A DNA stretch of 64,000 nucleotides from Candidatus Hydrogenedentota bacterium (GTDB lineage: Bacteria > Hydrogenedentota > Hydrogenedentia > Hydrogenedentales > SLHB01): assembly GCA_045863295.1 (NCBI GenBank), contig BTWA01000004.1:32001-96000 (forward strand), in the 5' to 3' direction. Numbering within the stretch: position 1 is the stretch's first letter; every line of letters starts with the position of its first letter. Shown one piece after another: positions 22,306 to 32,956 of the stretch. The notes under the pieces were generated by a model. It saw nothing but the letters and a program-made list of their open reading frames with translations, had not been told where the DNA came from and did no database searches. The position numbers were made by a program, and so were the translations under genes.

Positions 22306-22952
22306 AAAATTGCCGCGGTCGGGAAGAGGCCCTCGTACGCTATGCCGACAACGACCTGCCGCCGCAGGATGTGCCGGAGTTGGAACAGCACCTTGGGGTA
22401 TGCGAAGTATGCGCGCGGGTCTTGCGCGAACACCGGAAAGCGCTGTTACACATGACAAGCGCCTTCGCTTCCCCTTCGGTATATGTAGATCAGACGCAAA
22501 CCATCTTTGAACGTCCGACGAAGAATTCCCGGTGGCGGACGGCGATGGCCTTGGGTGCCGTTCTACTGGTGGCGGGCGCAATGGCTGGATACATCGGCAC
22601 GCGCAATGCCGGACGGACCGCGCCAACGGAGAGCGAAGTTGTCATTTCCGCGGACGAGGTGATAGCGCTTAAACAGCGGATCGCGGATCTGGAAGATCGA
22701 TTGGCCAGAATGGACAAGGCGCGGGCCGCGGCAAGGGAACGGGCTGTGCAGCAGGCCTTGGACGAGCAGGAACAGGTTGCCGCTATCCTGCTTGCGGCCG
22801 GCTTGCAATTGGAGCGGCACGGTGACTTGCCGAACGCCGTCCAGCGATACAGGTTCGCGGCCAGCCAATACTCGGAAACACGATCCGGAAAGCTGGCCAA
22901 AGAAAGACTCGACGCGGCAGCCGCCGCCGAAAGCACAGACTCGCAAACGTAA
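22302..22952 (+). CDS. zf-HC2 anti-sigma factor with TM helix
   Basis: GTGA overlap with the sigma gene; C...HLGVCEVC (Hx3Cx2C); TM segment then coiled coil. Confidence 0.85.
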   Translation: MKNCRGREEALVRYADNDLPPQDVPELEQHLGVCEVCARVLREHRKALLHMTSAFASPSVYVDQTQTIFERPTKNSRWRTAMALGAVLLVAGAMAGYIGTRNAGRTAPTESEVVISADEVIALKQRIADLEDRLARMDKARAAARERAVQQALDEQEQVAAILLAAGLQLERHGDLPNAVQRYRFAASQYSETRSGKLAKERLDAAAAAESTDSQT

Positions 22953-22999
22953 GTACGAATAAAGTCAGTTGTCAATTCGAGATATTGGAGCATACGAAA

Positions 23000-24103
23000 A
23001 TGAAGACTCTCGTTCGCCTCTCCTTGTTGACGGCATTCACGGCGGGTTTGTTCCTTCAGCTATCGCACGCCGAGGAGGATGCGGTTTTGTTTCTCGACTT
23101 CCGGTCGCCCATCAAACTTGAAGAGTACCAAGCGTGGGTAGCCGACGCTGATTTCGAAGCCATCGTCCACCGGTATGGATGGACCTGGACAGATGAAATG
23201 GAAGCATGGCTCGAATCCAATGTTCGGACGGTCACTGTGCGCGACTACGGCACACATCGCGGAGTAGTAGTGCCCGCCAAAGGCTTCGACCAACTTCAGG
23301 GTGTCCTCGTGGTCATAGTCAAAGCGTATAGAAGCGCTGAGATTGAGCGGGAAATACAAGACTTGACTCGTACACAGGAGGAATTAGCGACCAAGAAGTC
23401 CGACTACGAGAAGATGGTGGAGGGTCTAACGCTAGATTACAGGCAAAGTGCGGCCGGGCGGCCGGTCGAGGTGCTGTCGAACATGCTCAACGCGTGTGAG
23501 ACCGCTAGACTGGAAAACGATTTGCGTATCGCGGAATTGGAAGCCCGCCTGGATTCCATTCGCGATAATTTGAAGAAGGAAGAGCACATCATGGCTACCA
23601 CCGGCGCTCAATCGGCAGGGCAGGCAGCGGTACTTCGATCCCAACTTGAGGAACAGCTCAAGAATGCGGAGAGCGACTTGGTCCGGGCTGAGGAAGCAAA
23701 ACAAGCTGGAGCGTTATCCATCAGCGAGTTTGGCGCTATCCGAAGGATGCTGGAGGGGGCCAAGGTGGAGTTAGCCGAGTTTGACGCTCAGTCCCAAGCG
23801 GTTCAACCTAGTCCTGTGTATCAGCGGCTGCGGGAGATGCTAATCGAGTCCGAAACGGATTTTGCGGCGGCAACCCGAAAAGCCGATTTCCTGGAAAAGC
23901 GCATCAGGGAAGAATACGTGCGCATCGAGGAGGCCATGTCCATTTACGGAAAACTGGAGTCCGCAAAGGGTAGTTTGCAGGCTACGATAGATGCATTGGC
24001 GGAGGCGGGAAGACGATTGGAGAACGCGAATCAGCGCATGGAAGACCTGCAGCAGGCCGAATTACCCTCCTTCCCCGGTGGGGACCCCAAATTGTTCGGA
24101 TAA
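23000..24103 (+). CDS. secreted coiled-coil hypothetical protein
   Basis: signal peptide MKTLVRLSLLTAFTAGLFLQLSHA; long E/L/K-rich helical region. Confidence 0.7.
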   Translation: MKTLVRLSLLTAFTAGLFLQLSHAEEDAVLFLDFRSPIKLEEYQAWVADADFEAIVHRYGWTWTDEMEAWLESNVRTVTVRDYGTHRGVVVPAKGFDQLQGVLVVIVKAYRSAEIEREIQDLTRTQEELATKKSDYEKMVEGLTLDYRQSAAGRPVEVLSNMLNACETARLENDLRIAELEARLDSIRDNLKKEEHIMATTGAQSAGQAAVLRSQLEEQLKNAESDLVRAEEAKQAGALSISEFGAIRRMLEGAKVELAEFDAQSQAVQPSPVYQRLREMLIESETDFAAATRKADFLEKRIREEYVRIEEAMSIYGKLESAKGSLQATIDALAEAGRRLENANQRMEDLQQAELPSFPGGDPKLFG

Positions 24104-24123
24104 GGCAACCATCAAATATCCCC

Positions 24124-24183
24124 TTGACAACACCTTGTAGTTCGAGGTATCCTATGCCTAGAAGACCAAAGTATAGGATACCT
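24124..24183 (+). promoter_or_regulatory. promoter and inverted-repeat operator of the PadR operon
   Basis: TTGACA-N18-TATCCT; perfect 11-bp IR AGGTATCCTAT (24145-24155) / ATAGGATACCT (24173-24183). Confidence 0.65.
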
Positions 24184-24188
24184 TCGCC

Positions 24189-24515
24189 ATGAACGAAAAA
24201 GAGCTGATGGGGGCCTCTACGGCCCTGCTGGTCCTGGGGTTGCTCGCCAAAGACCCGAGTTACGGCTACGAACTCGTCAAACGCGTCAACGACGCTGCGG
24301 ACGGCGCGCTGGAATGGCAGGAGGGGACCATCTACCCCATCCTCCACAAGCTGGAAAAAGAAGGCCACGTCCGCACCCAATGGCAACAGGCCGACACCGG
24401 CCGCCAGCGCAAGTATTACTACATCACCGCCGAAGGCAGGGATTCCCTCTCGCAACAAACCGAACGCTGGCACATGTTTCACGGAATCGTGTCCCGCGTG
24501 GTGGAGGCATCATGA
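24189..24515 (+). CDS. PadR family transcriptional regulator
   Basis: SYGYELVK, EGTIYPILHKLEKEG, RKYYYIT..G. Confidence 0.93.
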   Translation: MNEKELMGASTALLVLGLLAKDPSYGYELVKRVNDAADGALEWQEGTIYPILHKLEKEGHVRTQWQQADTGRQRKYYYITAEGRDSLSQQTERWHMFHGIVSRVVEAS

Positions 24516-25456
24516 TGCACATCGAACTTAGCGATACAACCCAAAGAGAGATTGACGGCCTCGCCAGCCGGATTGCACGAGCACAGGGGCTGGAGGAAGA
24601 CGTCGCGCTTGAATTGCATCATCACATCGAAGACAAGGTGATCGGCTATCTGTCCAGCGAAGTGCCCGTGAGCGAGGCGGATGCGCTGTTGTTGGCTTCG
24701 AACCATTTTGGGGATTCAAGGCTGGTCAAGGACCTGCTTGGGGTGGCGCACGACCATGAGGCGAGCAAGACGTTCACACAGCGTCTGTTTGCCGTCGCTA
24801 CCGCGAGCTTTCTTGCCATGTACTTGCCCAAGCTCATCAATGCCGCGCTGGGCCCCGTGTTCCGCTGGGCCGATATACAGCGGCAGGAGGCCTTCGTCTT
24901 CACATGGAGCGGCCTCTATACGTTGGGCACCGCGTTTTCGGTCTTTTTAATCTGGCGGCTGCTGAAGCGCTGGAAGGCCCGAGAACAACAGCCCGGCGGT
25001 TCATGGTACCAGCGTCTGAAAATCGGATGGCTGATGCTGGTACTAGCGGCCTTATTCGCCGGTCTGCCGTTCGCCGCATCTCAATACAACAAGACCATGC
25101 ATTCCTTGATGCCCAATATAGTCGAACTGCCCCAACGCGGGTATGTGTACGGCACCATGGCCCAACTCGGATTGATGGCTCTTTCGGCATTCGTCCTGAT
25201 CGTAATGTGGCCATGGTGGTGCGACCGTGAACCACGCACAAACCGCGTCATATACCGCTCCTGCGCATGGGCGGCCTCGTGGCTTGCCATGGTTCTCATC
25301 GTGTCGGTTCCTATGCAGCCGTCCAATTTGCTGGCGCTTTCACCCAGCATTCTGGCGGTCGCGGGATTTGGGTTGGTGGCATATGTGAGTTACAGATTTG
25401 CCCGATGGATGCAAGATCAATCAAATGAGCATGCATTAAACATGAATTCAAAATGA
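24512..25456 (+). CDS. PadR-associated membrane protein (N-terminal ELxxH...FG helical domain + several TM)
   Basis: ATGA overlap with padR; VALELHHHIEDK...A...HFGD; multiple TM segments. Confidence 0.75.
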   Translation: MMHIELSDTTQREIDGLASRIARAQGLEEDVALELHHHIEDKVIGYLSSEVPVSEADALLLASNHFGDSRLVKDLLGVAHDHEASKTFTQRLFAVATASFLAMYLPKLINAALGPVFRWADIQRQEAFVFTWSGLYTLGTAFSVFLIWRLLKRWKAREQQPGGSWYQRLKIGWLMLVLAALFAGLPFAASQYNKTMHSLMPNIVELPQRGYVYGTMAQLGLMALSAFVLIVMWPWWCDREPRTNRVIYRSCAWAASWLAMVLIVSVPMQPSNLLALSPSILAVAGFGLVAYVSYRFARWMQDQSNEHALNMNSK

Positions 25457-25543
25457 GCAGACCAGGATACAATGATAGGGGATGTCCCACGCGGCGTATA
25501 ACGCATTGCTTTCATGCACGTTTAGGCGTGCGGGAGCACTTCG

Positions 25544-26584
25544 ATGCAGACGAACAACGAATTGTCTCGCGATATCCAGAATCAAATAGACGACCTCACC
25601 AACCGTATTGCACGGGCACAAGGTTTGGATGAGGACGTGGCACGTGAATTGTATCAGCACATTGAAGACAAAGTCTTCGGCTATTTGTCCGGAGAAGTGC
25701 CCGTGAGCGAGGCGGATGCTATGTTACTTGCAGCCAAGCATTTCGGAAATGCACAAACAATCAAATCCCTCTTGGGCGACGTGCACCAGGCCGACGCCAA
25801 CCGTGTGTTCAATCGACGGCTTATCGCCGTGGCACTGGCCAGTTTTATCACGGTATATCTGCCCACCGTGCTGTCGCTGGTGGCCGTGCCTCTCTTCGCG
25901 GTCCTGTCGTTCGAGTCTTTCAACACCTACATTGCCGCATGGTCCATGGTACGCGTTGTCACGACCGGCATCGGTGTGTGGGCCATGTGGCGTTTGCTGC
26001 GTTTCTGGCAGGACAGGAAGGCCACAACGGGATCGGTTTGGTACGAGGACGCTCGCATGACAGTCCCCGCGGTGCTGTTGGTTGTCTTGTTCGCGGCGGT
26101 GCCGCTCAGGAGTATGGCGGACCACTACTTCATGACGGTCTCGGCACCCGATCCGGTGTTGACGCTCAACCCCGGCACGGGGCTTGTCACACTCATTGCG
26201 GCCGCCGCATCGTTTGGGCTTGCCATAGGCCATCTCATGCTTTGGCCGTGGTGGTGTGACCGTACCCCACGGATTCCACGCGTCGTCTACAAGACCTGCG
26301 GCTGGTCCGCCACCTGGCTATCCGGCATTGTGCTGATGAGCTCATTGGTTCGCGCGCAATATGCTCCAGAGGCCACATCAGTCAATCGCTCCCTTGAGGG
26401 TGCGCTTCAGATGCAGTTTGGCCCACAAGAATGGGTGATCGCCTCGCCGCTACAAGCCGCCTTCTGGACCAGTTTCGGAGCCGGTGTGCTCATGGCCGCC
26501 GCCCTGGGCATTGCCGCATGGGTCGGCTATCGGATATTGCGGCGCTTCTGGCATGGCGAAAAAGAATTACATATCGCTCACTAA
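25544..26584 (+). CDS. PadR-associated membrane protein, tandem paralogue
   Basis: VARELYQHIEDK...HFGN; shared WPWWCDR motif; multiple TM segments. Confidence 0.75.
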   Translation: MQTNNELSRDIQNQIDDLTNRIARAQGLDEDVARELYQHIEDKVFGYLSGEVPVSEADAMLLAAKHFGNAQTIKSLLGDVHQADANRVFNRRLIAVALASFITVYLPTVLSLVAVPLFAVLSFESFNTYIAAWSMVRVVTTGIGVWAMWRLLRFWQDRKATTGSVWYEDARMTVPAVLLVVLFAAVPLRSMADHYFMTVSAPDPVLTLNPGTGLVTLIAAAASFGLAIGHLMLWPWWCDRTPRIPRVVYKTCGWSATWLSGIVLMSSLVRAQYAPEATSVNRSLEGALQMQFGPQEWVIASPLQAAFWTSFGAGVLMAAALGIAAWVGYRILRRFWHGEKELHIAH

Positions 26585-26631
26585 GTTTGTGCGACCCTCG
26601 AAGCGGACGTAGTTCACCGGTAAGTCGCAAA

Positions 26632-27639
26632 CTACTTGCCGCGCTTCATCGCTGCAAACGCTTCGTATTGGTCCGTTGCGACAAAATCGACACCGGCCTC
26701 GATCGCGGCCTCCCACCGCACACGTGCGGCCTCCTCGGAACCGAAGTTGTATCCCGCGCCCCAGCCGCTGTTGGATGGCTCCTTAAACCCGTCCAGGGTG
26801 TAGAAGCGAATCCAGTAGCCGAGGGCATGGGCGTGATCGACAAGCGCCCTCAACCGCGCTTCTTCCTCGGGAGTCCAAGATTCCGCGACGCGCTGGCCGC
26901 CCATTTCGACCACGCTCCAGGGATGATTCCACCAGCGGCGATAGTTGGTCGCTTTCTCGGTCAACACGCGCGCGGGATCAAAGGTGACATTTTGCTTCGC
27001 TCGTTCCGCTCCGCTGAGACCTTCACCGTTCATGGGATTCGTTCGCGCCTGACCGAATACACGTAGCTTCGCGCCTACGGGCACTTCGTCGTGAAACACG
27101 CGCTGTTGCTCGGCGCCGCCGCCGGCCAACACCAACACTGGTCCCACGGTCAGCGGAGTCACCTCAGCCTCACGGGTTGTGCGCACGGCCGTCGTCAAAC
27201 ACGGCTCATACTCGCCCAGCACGTCCCAGATGGCCCGCACGTGTTCCGGTTCATCATCTTTGAAATCCAGATTCAACGTTACGAGGGGCCAATCCGTTCT
27301 GTCGCCGCTCGCCAGCGCCGTTTCCACGACGCCGCGAATACGCTCAAAGAAGTATTCCTTTAGCGTAGGCTCCTTGCCGTTAAACGGTTTGCCATGGGAG
27401 ACAATCGACCACGACTTCCCCGATCCGGGATCGGTATACCAGACGAGATCCTGTTCAATGGCCAGTGGCACGCCGGTTCCGAGAGCGCGGTCGATGCGAT
27501 CCGTCCACATACCGGTGTAGGGATAGCAGTTGTGCGCGTCGAGCAGCACGCGCTGGCCCGGCAGAAAATCTGCATGGGCGTACAGCGTGGAAATAGAAAC
27601 GGCCAACACGTTTACGGCAACCAGGTATGATCGAATCAC
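26632..27639 (-). CDS. secreted hypothetical protein, probable PLC-like phosphodiesterase TIM barrel
   Basis: signal peptide; DAHNCY, AIEQDL, SHG, LDFK, GVDFVATDQY; GTG start inferred. Confidence 0.65.
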   Translation of the reverse strand: MIRSYLVAVNVLAVSISTLYAHADFLPGQRVLLDAHNCYPYTGMWTDRIDRALGTGVPLAIEQDLVWYTDPGSGKSWSIVSHGKPFNGKEPTLKEYFFERIRGVVETALASGDRTDWPLVTLNLDFKDDEPEHVRAIWDVLGEYEPCLTTAVRTTREAEVTPLTVGPVLVLAGGGAEQQRVFHDEVPVGAKLRVFGQARTNPMNGEGLSGAERAKQNVTFDPARVLTEKATNYRRWWNHPWSVVEMGGQRVAESWTPEEEARLRALVDHAHALGYWIRFYTLDGFKEPSNSGWGAGYNFGSEEAARVRWEAAIEAGVDFVATDQYEAFAAMKRGK

Positions 27640-27743
27640 AGCGAACTCCCTCGCGCACCATGGGTGCGGACATCTCCACAAATGGCGTTAGCCCTTTTGA
27701 ACAAGGATATGCTGAACTGAGTTACGGCAAGATTAGGTCGCGT

Positions 27744-29117
27744 CTACTTGATATAGACAGTTTTGATATTTACCAACTCATGGATGCCATGCTGGCTCAA
27801 TTCCCGTCCGTAGCCGGAATCCTTGGTACCACCAAAAGGCAGCCGCGGATCCGATTTCACCAACTCGTTGACAAAGCAACTTCCAGCCTGCAATTCCTCC
27901 ACCGCGATACGTTCACCACGCGCAATATCCCGTGTAAATATGGCCGCTCCCAGTCCAAAAGGCGTGTCATTCGCCACAGCAATGGCGTCGGCTTCGTCGC
28001 TGGCCCGGATCAACGCGGCGACGGGACCAAACAACTCCTCATCAAACGCAGGCATTCCTTTTCGAACGTTGGTGAGTACGGAAGCCGGATAATACGCGCC
28101 CTCCCGTTTGGGAATCTCGCATCCCACCAACGGCTCGGCGCCCAACGCTATGCTCGAGTCGACTTGATTGTGCAAATCGTCGCGCAGGTCCAATCGCGCG
28201 AGCGGTCCCAGTCGGGTGGCCGGATCGAGCGGATCGCCCATTTCAATGGCTCGCATCCGTTCGACCATTTTCTGTTCAAACTCGTCGAACACGGCCCCCA
28301 CCGCGATGAACCGCTTCGCCGAAATACAGCTTTGCCCGTTGTTGATCATCCGGCTTGCCACCGCGGTTTCCACCGCCGCATCGACGTCCGCATCGTGCAG
28401 CACAATGAACGGATCGCTGCCTCCCAACTCCAAAACCGTCGGTTTGAGCGCATCGCCGGCAATCGATGCGACGGACCGGCCCGCGGGCGTGCTACCGGTG
28501 ATGCTGATCGACTTAACGATGGGATGCCGAATCACGCGCCCCACTTCCCCACTTCGAATCAGCACCAAACGAAATACATCCGCTGGAAAATCCGCGTCGC
28601 GAAAGAGCGCTTCGATGGCCAGCGCGCACCCCGGCACATTGCTCGCATGCTTCAGCACGACGCTGTTCCCCGCCATTAACGCCGGCGCGGCAAACCGGAA
28701 CACCTGCCAGAGTGGAAAATTCCATGGCATGATGGCAAGCAGCACACCAAGCGGCTGGTAGGTCACATAGCTCTTACGCGCGTCCGTCTCAACGATCTGC
28801 GGCGCAAGAAACGCCTCCGCGTGGCTGGCAAAATACTCGCACGCCCACGCACACTTCTCCGCTTCCCCCGTGCCCGCAGACACGGGTTTGCCCATCTCCA
28901 GCGCCATCAGGCGCGCCAGTTCTGGAGCCCTCGCTCTCAGCAGACTCGCCACCCGCCGCATCCATTCCGACCGCTGCGAGAAACTCGTTCGGCTCCACGG
29001 CTGTTGCGCCTCGGCCGATGCCGACAATATCGCATCGACATCGCTCCGGGTGTGGGACGGGTATTGCTGGATAGGCTGGCCTGTGGCTGGATTGATCGAT
29101 TGGATCATACCGGGCAT
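27744..29117 (-). CDS. gabD: NAD(P)-dependent succinate-semialdehyde dehydrogenase
   Basis: IMPWNFPLWQVFRFAAP, LELGGSDP, NNGQSC, EELFGP, PFGGTKDSGYGRE. Confidence 0.85.
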   Translation of the reverse strand: MPGMIQSINPATGQPIQQYPSHTRSDVDAILSASAEAQQPWSRTSFSQRSEWMRRVASLLRARAPELARLMALEMGKPVSAGTGEAEKCAWACEYFASHAEAFLAPQIVETDARKSYVTYQPLGVLLAIMPWNFPLWQVFRFAAPALMAGNSVVLKHASNVPGCALAIEALFRDADFPADVFRLVLIRSGEVGRVIRHPIVKSISITGSTPAGRSVASIAGDALKPTVLELGGSDPFIVLHDADVDAAVETAVASRMINNGQSCISAKRFIAVGAVFDEFEQKMVERMRAIEMGDPLDPATRLGPLARLDLRDDLHNQVDSSIALGAEPLVGCEIPKREGAYYPASVLTNVRKGMPAFDEELFGPVAALIRASDEADAIAVANDTPFGLGAAIFTRDIARGERIAVEELQAGSCFVNELVKSDPRLPFGGTKDSGYGRELSQHGIHELVNIKTVYIK

Positions 29118-29174
29118 TCCATGGTTGTGTTGATGAATAGTGCGACCGGACCAGTACGAAACCGCGGAACGGAT

Positions 29175-30182
29175 TTACCGTCCGAAACGAATCTTTTGCG
29201 CGCGATCCGAGAGCCACCCGCATTGAAACGCGAGGCGCTCCATCCAGTCGGAAGCCGGATGGCCCGCCACCATGCCGTTGTGCTGCAACCCTTGATAGGA
29301 TACCGTCGCAATGTGCTTCACGCCCACTGCGTAGTACAACGCCGCTTCTTCGTAGAATGAAAGGCTCCTGTGCTTGGAGTACCTTTCCAACAAAATCTCC
29401 GTGCGCTTTTCCAAACGTTCCAACCGCGTCGTCGTGCGAACGCACAGATTTGATATCGCATACGCGAGGTCTTCCAGGTAACAGCCGTCGCCGGCAAATT
29501 CCAAATCCACCACGGCGGCGAGCCGCTCTCCGCGAAAGATCAGATTGCCGCTGTGCCAATCGCCGTGGATAAGCCCCGTCTCGAACCGGTTGCGTTGCTC
29601 GAAGCTCAGCATCTCCCCCGCGTCGCGCAAGAACAACGCGATCCGGTTGCAGTGTTGGTTCACTTTGTCGGTGTCACCCTGGCCCTTTGCCAATTCATAG
29701 AATTGGGCAAAGACGGTGCGAGGCACTTCGCTGAACCGCCACATGCGCGCGTCCCGTTCGGGCCGGGGAAAATCCCGGCATACCTCGTGAAACCGGCCAA
29801 GGATTTGCGCTGAGATGGCCAGCGAGTCCTTGGCAACCACCATCGGCTCGCCTTCGACAAATTCCTGCAACTCCAACGCCCAGGAATCCTGCTCCACAAT
29901 GCGCTTGCCATTGGTCGACGGCTGAATCTTTGCCACCGGCACGCCATTAGACATCAGGTGATCCGACAGCCGGTGTTGAAACCGCAATTCGTCGAGCACA
30001 TACGGATCGCGCCGGTAGGTCTTCGCCAGAAACCGCCCCAACGCCGTGTTCACCACCAGCTTCCGGTGGCGCCGCTGGTGCGCCATCGGCATGTGCTCGG
30101 GCTTGTCGACACGGCCAAGGCTGTAATTCGCGCGAATTACATCCGCGATGAGATCGAGGCTGTCTTTGGCTTGGGCCGTCAC
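29175..30182 (-). CDS. phosphotransferase (APH / type II homoserine kinase-like)
   Basis: LIHGDWHSGNL and VVDLE motifs; GTG at 30182 overlaps the upstream TGA (GTGA). Confidence 0.82.
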   Translation of the reverse strand: MTAQAKDSLDLIADVIRANYSLGRVDKPEHMPMAHQRRHRKLVVNTALGRFLAKTYRRDPYVLDELRFQHRLSDHLMSNGVPVAKIQPSTNGKRIVEQDSWALELQEFVEGEPMVVAKDSLAISAQILGRFHEVCRDFPRPERDARMWRFSEVPRTVFAQFYELAKGQGDTDKVNQHCNRIALFLRDAGEMLSFEQRNRFETGLIHGDWHSGNLIFRGERLAAVVDLEFAGDGCYLEDLAYAISNLCVRTTTRLERLEKRTEILLERYSKHRSLSFYEEAALYYAVGVKHIATVSYQGLQHNGMVAGHPASDWMERLAFQCGWLSDRAQKIRFGR

Positions 30183-32446
30183 GGGGCGGTTAATACCTTC
30201 TCCGACGCAATATTCGGGGTCAGCGCTTCCTTGCTCCACCACGTGGACTTCAGCTCGCGCTTGGAATACAACTTTTCACCCTGGTCCATGTAGTGCGGCG
30301 ATTCCGGGTCCGCGCTCTGGCCCCACGGGGTCACCGTCCAGGATTCCACCCGATCCGGATGGAATTGCATCAGCATCAGCGCCATCGTGCCGTTGTCCGC
30401 GATGTAATACCCCGGCTTCTCTTTGTCCTCCGAACAGCGCACGTCGAACAGCGTCTCGGAAAAATTGGGACCGGAAGTCGATCCGCCGAAGTCCGCGCCG
30501 GGCACTGGATAGTATTTGCCGCCCCGGCCGACGCGATGCACTTCGCCCCAGGCAATATCCCACTTCCCATATTTCGTCTTCATTTCGGCAATGGTATCGG
30601 ACAGCAACTGGAGGAACACGGCCTGATCCATGATGGCCAACTCTTCCCCGTTCCTGATCGCCCCGACATTCACCTTGTCGTTGCACTTCAACCGCCAGAA
30701 TTTGTACAGCACCGTGGCCGTCGCATCCGTTGTGAATTCGCCATCCCACGCCAGAATGTCCGTAACCGCCGCTGCGAACTCCGGATCCTTCATCTTTTCC
30801 GCACCCACGTTTTTCACGGCCGTGCGCAACGCGGATTGCCAAGGCGCAGCCAGCAAATCGTGAATGTCAGTCGCCAATGCCTTGGCTTCCTCGACCGTAA
30901 TGGAATCGTCGCCATGCAATACCGCCGTGCTGCGATCGCCGCGCGGGTTGGTCGTGTCCCACGATACGTTGTAAATGTAACTGGGATACTTGTCCGGCGT
31001 CATCGGCGAATCAACCATCATATTCGCCGGGCTGATGTTGCAATTCTGCATGTAGCCCGCCGCGGGATTGATCGCCTGCACCAGGTCCCCAATCGGGTGA
31101 ATGCCTTTCCATGCCGTGCGCGAAGAATCACCCGGCACCGGCGCGTTCCAGTCGTATCCTTCCGGACGAATCGGCGTCGCCCCGTTGCGCACGTAGCCAA
31201 TCGTGCCTTTCGTGTCGGCAAACATCAGGTTTTGTTCCATCAACTGAAGCATGCCGATGGCCTCGTACATCTCATCCGCGTCCTTGGCCATGCACATCTT
31301 GTAGGACTGCTCGAACAACTCGTATTTCTCAAAGTACGGCGACGCGCCGACAATCGCCGTCATCGTGGCCGTATCCGGCTCGCTCATCACCGGCCCAAGA
31401 TGCGTATACGCCGCGGGCCGCGTCACCGGTTCGCCGTCTTTCACGTTGATCTTGATCAATTTTACCTGCGCATTGCGCCATTCGCCGTCGTATTCGTATT
31501 TGGGAATCAACTTGTTGTCCAGGTTCACTTTGATCTTGTAGGCGTCGCCCGTGTCGGGTCCGCCCGTCGTGGGGGCAAAGCCCACATTCATGTTGTGGCC
31601 CAACCCCATCAACGGCGATCCCACCAGGAAATAGCCGTTCATGTGCAGATCGCCGCCATGCACGCGCGCTTCGTAAAATACGGCCAGCCCTTCCCAACTC
31701 AAGTGCGGATCGGTCAGCAGAAACGGGGTATTGTCCGCCGTGCGCGAAGGCGCCACGGACCACTCATTCGACTGCATCGGCGGACGCTGCGGATCGCCGC
31801 TGCGCTTGTCGTTCTTGATGTCATCCTGGATCGTGCCCAACGGCCACCGCATGATCATCGCGCGCCCGATGGTCAGAATGTGCCACGGCTCAATATCCAT
31901 CGCATGCGCGGGAACCTTATCCGGATGCTCCGTGCTGTACGCCTTCACGCCCGCCACGAAATTCGTCAGCATCGCCTGCAGGTTGGCCGGCAACTTGGCA
32001 TACTGCGCCTCGCACACCTCCGGATTCTTCACCATCTGCATGATGTAATCCTGATCGATATACTCTTTGCCATGCGCCTCCGCCATCCGGCCGAGTCCAG
32101 TGCGCACCGCGTCATGTATGTCGCCAAGCCGATCCTCCGCCTGCGCATAGCCCAATGCATACGCCGCCGCCGTCTCCGTCTCCGCATAGATGTGCGGCAC
32201 GCCCCACGTGTCCCGGTAGATGGTCGCGTCTTTGCCGGCGGTGGATTCGGTGGCAGGCTCGGCGGATGTCGCCGCCTCGGGCACGGAAGGCTCTGCGGTT
32301 GCCGACGAATCGGCGGGCGCCGCCGGTTCTACGGCTGCGGACGGTTCAACCGGCGCTTCGTCTGCCGTTTCCTTCGGACCACAGCCCACCGTTATCGCCG
32401 CCAACCCCAGACTCGCCACCCAGAACCATGTGCGCGCGGAAACCAT
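30179..32446 (-). CDS. penicillin acylase family (Ntn-hydrolase) lipoprotein
   Basis: lipobox TVGC; YRDTWGVPHI, GYAQAEDR, catalytic SNEW, DPHL, GQSADPESPHY.DQ. Confidence 0.92.
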   Translation of the reverse strand: MVSARTWFWVASLGLAAITVGCGPKETADEAPVEPSAAVEPAAPADSSATAEPSVPEAATSAEPATESTAGKDATIYRDTWGVPHIYAETETAAAYALGYAQAEDRLGDIHDAVRTGLGRMAEAHGKEYIDQDYIMQMVKNPEVCEAQYAKLPANLQAMLTNFVAGVKAYSTEHPDKVPAHAMDIEPWHILTIGRAMIMRWPLGTIQDDIKNDKRSGDPQRPPMQSNEWSVAPSRTADNTPFLLTDPHLSWEGLAVFYEARVHGGDLHMNGYFLVGSPLMGLGHNMNVGFAPTTGGPDTGDAYKIKVNLDNKLIPKYEYDGEWRNAQVKLIKINVKDGEPVTRPAAYTHLGPVMSEPDTATMTAIVGASPYFEKYELFEQSYKMCMAKDADEMYEAIGMLQLMEQNLMFADTKGTIGYVRNGATPIRPEGYDWNAPVPGDSSRTAWKGIHPIGDLVQAINPAAGYMQNCNISPANMMVDSPMTPDKYPSYIYNVSWDTTNPRGDRSTAVLHGDDSITVEEAKALATDIHDLLAAPWQSALRTAVKNVGAEKMKDPEFAAAVTDILAWDGEFTTDATATVLYKFWRLKCNDKVNVGAIRNGEELAIMDQAVFLQLLSDTIAEMKTKYGKWDIAWGEVHRVGRGGKYYPVPGADFGGSTSGPNFSETLFDVRCSEDKEKPGYYIADNGTMALMLMQFHPDRVESWTVTPWGQSADPESPHYMDQGEKLYSKRELKSTWWSKEALTPNIASEKVLTAP

Positions 32447-32956
32447 GAATCGCTCCTTGTCGAAAAAAAGTTGTGCGGTCCGGCTGCCCGCCGCCAACGC
32501 AACGGAAAACCCACCCGACCGAACGGTACATCCTTGGGCTCGCACCGAAAAAAACGCAGGCGGGAAATAAGAACGAGATTCAAACACACCCGAGTACGGC
32601 CCCGCAGGTTTGTTCCGGCACAAACCTTGTCCGCGCTATACCTTAAGCGAAGCCACTCTGCGGGTCAAGGCAGCGAACCCATCAGCGCTCCCAGTACTCG
32701 CCGGAACGCCCTCCCCCAATGGAATCGCACACAGACCCCACGAATTCGCCAAATACGCGTCGCAAGTCACCCACAGGCCCGTTGACGGAGACCCCGCCGC
32801 GCAGAACGCGCAGGGCGGTGCTATCCGGAACTCGCCGGGTCGCCATCTCCGCGAGGGCATTCGCCGCAAGCCCCGAGGATTCAGCCCATTACCTCCACGA
32901 TTCTCGACCCACCCGCGCGTCATCGCACGAATACCGCGCCATTCCCGCATCGCCCC

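Noticed and set aside
20395..28679. 363-aa (20395) and 350-aa (27627) plus-strand ORFs
   Set aside because: Shadows of the beta-helix gene and the aldehyde dehydrogenase.
30179..30242. 64-bp overlap between acylase and phosphotransferase
   Set aside because: Resolved by a GTG start at 30182, which gives an ordinary GTGA coupling.
30293..32785. 830-aa plus-strand ORF
   Set aside because: Antisense shadow of the penicillin acylase; Arg/His-rich, no motifs, expected with high-GC codon bias.
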